DNA from: Rhodospirillaceae bacterium | GTDB taxonomy: Bacteria > Pseudomonadota > Alphaproteobacteria > Rhodospirillales > Rhodospirillaceae | Assembly (NCBI GenBank): GCA_963678075.2 | Contig: CAXXPK010000005.1 | Span: 148,764 to 212,763, forward strand | DNA: 64,000 nt | Reading direction: 5' to 3' | Shown here: in pieces, positions 60,708-64,000 of the stretch | Numbering within the stretch: position 1 is the first letter of the stretch | Layout of the letters: each line of letters starts with the position of its first letter | The notes under the pieces: model-generated | The model's input: the letters and a program-made list of their open reading frames with translations, nothing else | Database searches by the model: none | Told to the model about the DNA's origin: nothing | Translations under genes and position numbers: made by a program

Positions 60708-62111
60708 ATGTTCGAGTCATTAAGCGATCGTCTGGGCGGGATTTTCGATAAGCTGAAGCGTCGCGCGACGCTGTCGGCGTCGGATGTCGATGCCGCGATG
60801 CGCGAAATTCGCATCGCGCTGCTGGAGGCCGACGTCGCCCTGCCGGTGGTCAAGGATTTCGTCGCCCGCGTGCGCGAGGAAGCCCTGGGGCAGGAGGTCA
60901 TCCGTTCGGTGACCCCCGGTCAGATGGTGGTCAAGATCGTCCACGATGCCCTGGTCGAAACCTTGGGCTCGGACGCCACCGAACTTAGCCTGCAGGCGGT
61001 GCCGCCAGTGCCGATTCTGATGGTCGGTTTGCAGGGTTCGGGGAAGACCACCACCTCGGGCAAGATCGCGCTGCGTCTGAAGGACAAGGAACGCAAGAAG
61101 GTTCTGCTGGCGTCGTTGGACGTCTATCGCCCTGCCGCGCAGGAGCAATTGGCCCAGTTGGCGACGCAGGCGGGGGTTGCCTCGCTGCCGGTTATCGTCG
61201 GCGAAATGCCGGTGGCGATCGCCAAACGCGCCATGGAGGTCGGCCGTAAGGAAGGCTTCGATGTCGTCATTCTGGACACCGCCGGACGGTTGCACATCGA
61301 CGCCGAGTTGATGGACGAGGTGGCGAAGGTCAAGGCCATCGCCAAGCCGCACGAAACCCTGCTGGTGGTCGATGCGATGACCGGCCAGGACGCGGTGGCC
61401 CTGGCCCGCGAATTCCACGACAAGGTGGGCATCACCGGCATCGTCCTGACCCGTATCGACGGCGATGCGCGGGGCGGCGGCGCGCTGTCGATGCGCGCGG
61501 TTACCGGGTGCCCGATCAAGTTCCTGGGCGCGGGCGAAAAACTCGACAAGCTGGAAGTCTTCCACCCAGACCGCATCGCCGGTCGCATTCTGGGCATGGG
61601 CGACGTGGTGTCGCTGGTGGAAAAGGCCGCCGAGACCTTCCAGCAGGACGAGGCCGAGAAACTTGCCAAGAAAATGATGTCGGGCAAGTTCGACCTCGAG
61701 GATCTGCTGGGCCAGTTGAAGCAACTGCGCAAGATGGGCGATCTGAAGGGCCTGATGGGCATGCTGCCCGGCATCAACAAGATGAAGAAGCAGCTGGACG
61801 CGGCCAAGGTCGATGACGGCATGCTGAAGCGCCAGGAAGCGATCATCCTGTCGATGACGGTCAAGGAACGTCGGCTTCTCGATGTCATCAAGGCGTCGCG
61901 CAAGAAGCGCATTGCCGCCGGGTCCGGCACCACGGTGCAAGAGGTCAACAAGCTCCTGAAGCAGTTCGAGCAGATGGCGCTGATGATGAAACAGATGAAG
62001 AAGCTTGGCCAAAAGGGGGGCATGCCCCCCGATTTCGGCGGTGGCGGCCTTGGCGGTTTTGGCGGCGGTCTTCCCCCGGGCGGTTTTCCGGGCGGGTTCA
62101 AGTTCAAGTAG
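60708..62111 (+). CDS. ffh: Signal recognition particle protein Ffh
   Basis: 467 aa from MFESLSDRLGGIFDKL (ATG 60708 inside ORF 60540..62111). Motifs GLQGSGKTTT, DTAGRL, TRIDGDARGG, and a Met-rich M domain. Confidence 0.96.
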   Translation: MFESLSDRLGGIFDKLKRRATLSASDVDAAMREIRIALLEADVALPVVKDFVARVREEALGQEVIRSVTPGQMVVKIVHDALVETLGSDATELSLQAVPPVPILMVGLQGSGKTTTSGKIALRLKDKERKKVLLASLDVYRPAAQEQLAQLATQAGVASLPVIVGEMPVAIAKRAMEVGRKEGFDVVILDTAGRLHIDAELMDEVAKVKAIAKPHETLLVVDAMTGQDAVALAREFHDKVGITGIVLTRIDGDARGGGALSMRAVTGCPIKFLGAGEKLDKLEVFHPDRIAGRILGMGDVVSLVEKAAETFQQDEAEKLAKKMMSGKFDLEDLLGQLKQLRKMGDLKGLMGMLPGINKMKKQLDAAKVDDGMLKRQEAIILSMTVKERRLLDVIKASRKKRIAAGSGTTVQEVNKLLKQFEQMALMMKQMKKLGQKGGMPPDFGGGGLGGFGGGLPPGGFPGGFKFK

Positions 62112-62223
62112 GCCGGAGTTTCCGGTCAAGATTAGGGGCGGCGGGTTCGCCGTTCTTCGGGTTCGTTCCGGTACTTTTGCCGGGGCGGAAGGTACACACA
62201 AGAACGAAGGGTAAAACCACACC

Positions 62224-62595
62224 ATGCTTCGTATTCGTTTGACTCGCGGCGGCGCCAAGCAGCACCCTTTCTACCGCATCGTCGTCGCCGATTCTCGCGC
62301 GCCGCGTGACGGTCGTTTCATCGAAAAGCTCGGTTTCTACAATCCGATGCTGCCGAAGGAACATGCCGATCGCCTGGTGATCAAGGAAGAGCGCGTGAAG
62401 TATTGGCTGGGCGTTGGCGCGCAGCCGTCCGATCGTGTCGCGCGTTTCCTTGGCCTGTCCGGCATCATCGCGATGCCCGCCGTGCCGGAAAACCAGACCA
62501 AGCAGCCCGCGCCGAAGAAGAAGGCCCAGGACCGCGCCGCCGAGAAGGCGAAGGCCGCCGAGGCCGCCGCAGCTGCTGCTCCCGCCGAGGCCTGA
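62224..62595 (+). CDS. rpsP: 30S ribosomal protein S16
   Basis: [41 protein letters not shown] with an Ala/Lys-rich tail. Confidence 0.95.
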   Translation: MLRIRLTRGGAKQHPFYRIVVADSRAPRDGRFIEKLGFYNPMLPKEHADRLVIKEERVKYWLGVGAQPSDRVARFLGLSGIIAMPAVPENQTKQPAPKKKAQDRAAEKAKAAEAAAAAAPAEA

Positions 62596-62614
62596 GGTCC
62601 GAGGGCGTGGCGCA

Positions 62615-63169
62615 GTGAACGCGACAACGGGTTCGGATAACGACCGGGTGTGTCTGGGGGTCATCGTAGGCGCCCAGGGCATCAAGGGCGAGGTTCGGAT
62701 CAAGCCGTTCACTGCGGAGCCCGAGGATGTCGGCGCCTATGGCCCGCTATCCGACGAACCGGGGACGAACAGTTTTCGTCTGGCGGTGCGCGGCATGGCC
62801 AAGGGCGCGGTGGTGGCGAAGATCAAGGGCGTCGAGGATCGTAACGCGGCGGAGGCCTTGAAAGGCACCAAGCTGTTCGTGAGCCGCGACCGCCTGCCGG
62901 AGCCGGAGGACGAGGACACCTTCTACCACGCCGATCTGATCGGGCTTTCCGCGGAGGCCCCGGACGGCGCCCCACTGGGGCGAGTGGCGGCGGTGTTCGA
63001 TCACGGCGCCGGGGACATTCTGGACATCTGGGGATTGGATGGCCGGGTGATATCGGTACCGTTCACCAAGGCGGTGGCGCCGCTGGTGGACGTCTCGGGC
63101 GGTCGCGTTGTCGTTGCAATCCCGGCGGGGTTGATCGGCGGCGACGAACCGGCGGGAGACGAAGGATGA
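62615..63169 (+). CDS. rimM: 16S rRNA processing protein RimM
   Basis: [34 protein letters not shown] at 62615 lies inside ORF 62414..63169. Confidence 0.88.
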   Translation: MNATTGSDNDRVCLGVIVGAQGIKGEVRIKPFTAEPEDVGAYGPLSDEPGTNSFRLAVRGMAKGAVVAKIKGVEDRNAAEALKGTKLFVSRDRLPEPEDEDTFYHADLIGLSAEAPDGAPLGRVAAVFDHGAGDILDIWGLDGRVISVPFTKAVAPLVDVSGGRVVVAIPAGLIGGDEPAGDEG

Positions 63170-63945
63170 CGGCGGACCGCGCGGGCGCGGCGGACATGCG
63201 GAACGAGGACGGGGCGACCGGACCGGCTTGGCTGGCGACGGTCTTGACCATCTTCCCCGATATGTTTCCCGGCGCCTTGGGGTTTTCGCTGGCGGGGCGC
63301 GCTCTTGAGCGCGGCATCTGGGACTTGGTCGCGGTCAATTTGCGCGATTATGCCCTGGATCGCCACGGCACCGTGGACGATACGCCGTTTGGCGGCGGGC
63401 CGGGCATGGTGATGCGCCCCGATGTGTTGGATCGGGCGACCGGCGCGGCGCGCGAAACCGCAGGCGGTCGCGCCGGGCCGCTGATTTACTTTACGCCGCG
63501 CGGGCGGCGCCTGGACCAGGATCGGGTTCGGGAACTGGCTGCGGGGCCGGGCGCGACCTTGTTGTGCGGCCGGTTCGAAGGCGTTGACCAACGGCTGCTG
63601 GAGGCCCACGAGATCGAGGAAATCAGCCTCGGGGATTTCGTGCTCTCCGGTGGGGAATTGCCGGCGACCGTGCTGCTGGATGCGGTGGTGCGGCTGTTGC
63701 CCGGGGTGCTGGGCGCGGCGGGGTCGCTGGATGAGGAGAGTTTCGAGCGTGGATTGCTGGAATATCCCCAGTATACGCGCCCGCAGGTTTGGGCCGGAAG
63801 GCCCGTGCCGGATGTGCTGAATTCCGGTCATCACGCCGAGATCGCGGCGTGGCGGCGGATGCAGGCGGAAGAAGTCACACGGATCAGGCGACCCGATCTT
63901 TGGGAAGCCTACCAGGCGTCCCAGGGACGGAAGGAAGAGGAATAG
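63166..63945 (+). CDS. trmD: tRNA (guanine37-N1)-methyltransferase TrmD
   Basis: Motifs [44 protein letters not shown]. The ATG overlaps the rimM stop. Confidence 0.95.
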   Translation: MTADRAGAADMRNEDGATGPAWLATVLTIFPDMFPGALGFSLAGRALERGIWDLVAVNLRDYALDRHGTVDDTPFGGGPGMVMRPDVLDRATGAARETAGGRAGPLIYFTPRGRRLDQDRVRELAAGPGATLLCGRFEGVDQRLLEAHEIEEISLGDFVLSGGELPATVLLDAVVRLLPGVLGAAGSLDEESFERGLLEYPQYTRPQVWAGRPVPDVLNSGHHAEIAAWRRMQAEEVTRIRRPDLWEAYQASQGRKEEE

Positions 63946-63948
63946 GTC

Positions 63949-64000
63949 ATGAACATCATCGAAACCCTCGAAGCGGAACAGATGGCGAAGCTTCTGGAAA
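63949..64000 (+). CDS. rplS: 50S ribosomal protein L19, 5' fragment (continues beyond the window)
   Basis: MNIIETLEAEQMAKLLE matches the L19 N-terminus, in the expected position after trmD. Confidence 0.85.
   Translation, partial: MNIIETLEAEQMAKLLE

Overview
High-GC alphaproteobacterial chromosomal window. The gene order looks Rhodospirillales-like (inference only): scpA-meaB, cobS-cobT, aroK-aroB, xerD, pepA, argJ, secA, ftsY-mtaB-dapF, ffh-rpsP-rimM-trmD-rplS. About two thirds is ordinary housekeeping DNA that reads intact. The rest is heavily degraded.

Mobile DNA: three copies of one ~850-bp two-ORF IS5-family (IS427-like) element. Copy C (55.5-56.4 kb) looks intact. Copy B (39 kb) has an ochre codon. 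Copy A (34 kb) has two direct-repeat deletions. There is also a fragment of a second transposase.

Broken genes: about a dozen accessory genes carry homopolymer frameshifts, premature stops or internal deletions. The centrepiece is a dead amide/urea-uptake and formamidase regulon at 38.4-47.4 kb (amiF, LuxR-type RR, permease-domain hybrid kinase, urtABCDE), in which only urtD still reads intact. All three premature amber codons in the window lie inside CCTAGG. That is the product expected from 5-methylcytosine deamination at a Dcm-type CCAGG site.

Other items worth a second look:
- a broken AmmeMemoRadiSam locus (amrS and a fused amrB-amrA)
- a TsaC-FAD oxidase read-through fusion explained by a T5 run
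- a degenerate AccA-like paralog facing scpA
- a HutP-family ORF next to the IS debris
- an M17 peptidase remnant fused to half a TauE permease
- a 33-bp in-frame tandem duplication in an RHH gene
- a structured intergenic repeat family

Two tRNAs are present. I saw no rRNA, no CRISPR array and no recognisable defence or biosynthetic cluster. I did not find a convincingly new multi-gene system. The most unusual signal is the selective, mechanistically patterned gene decay. All homology statements rest on my memory of protein families, not on searches.
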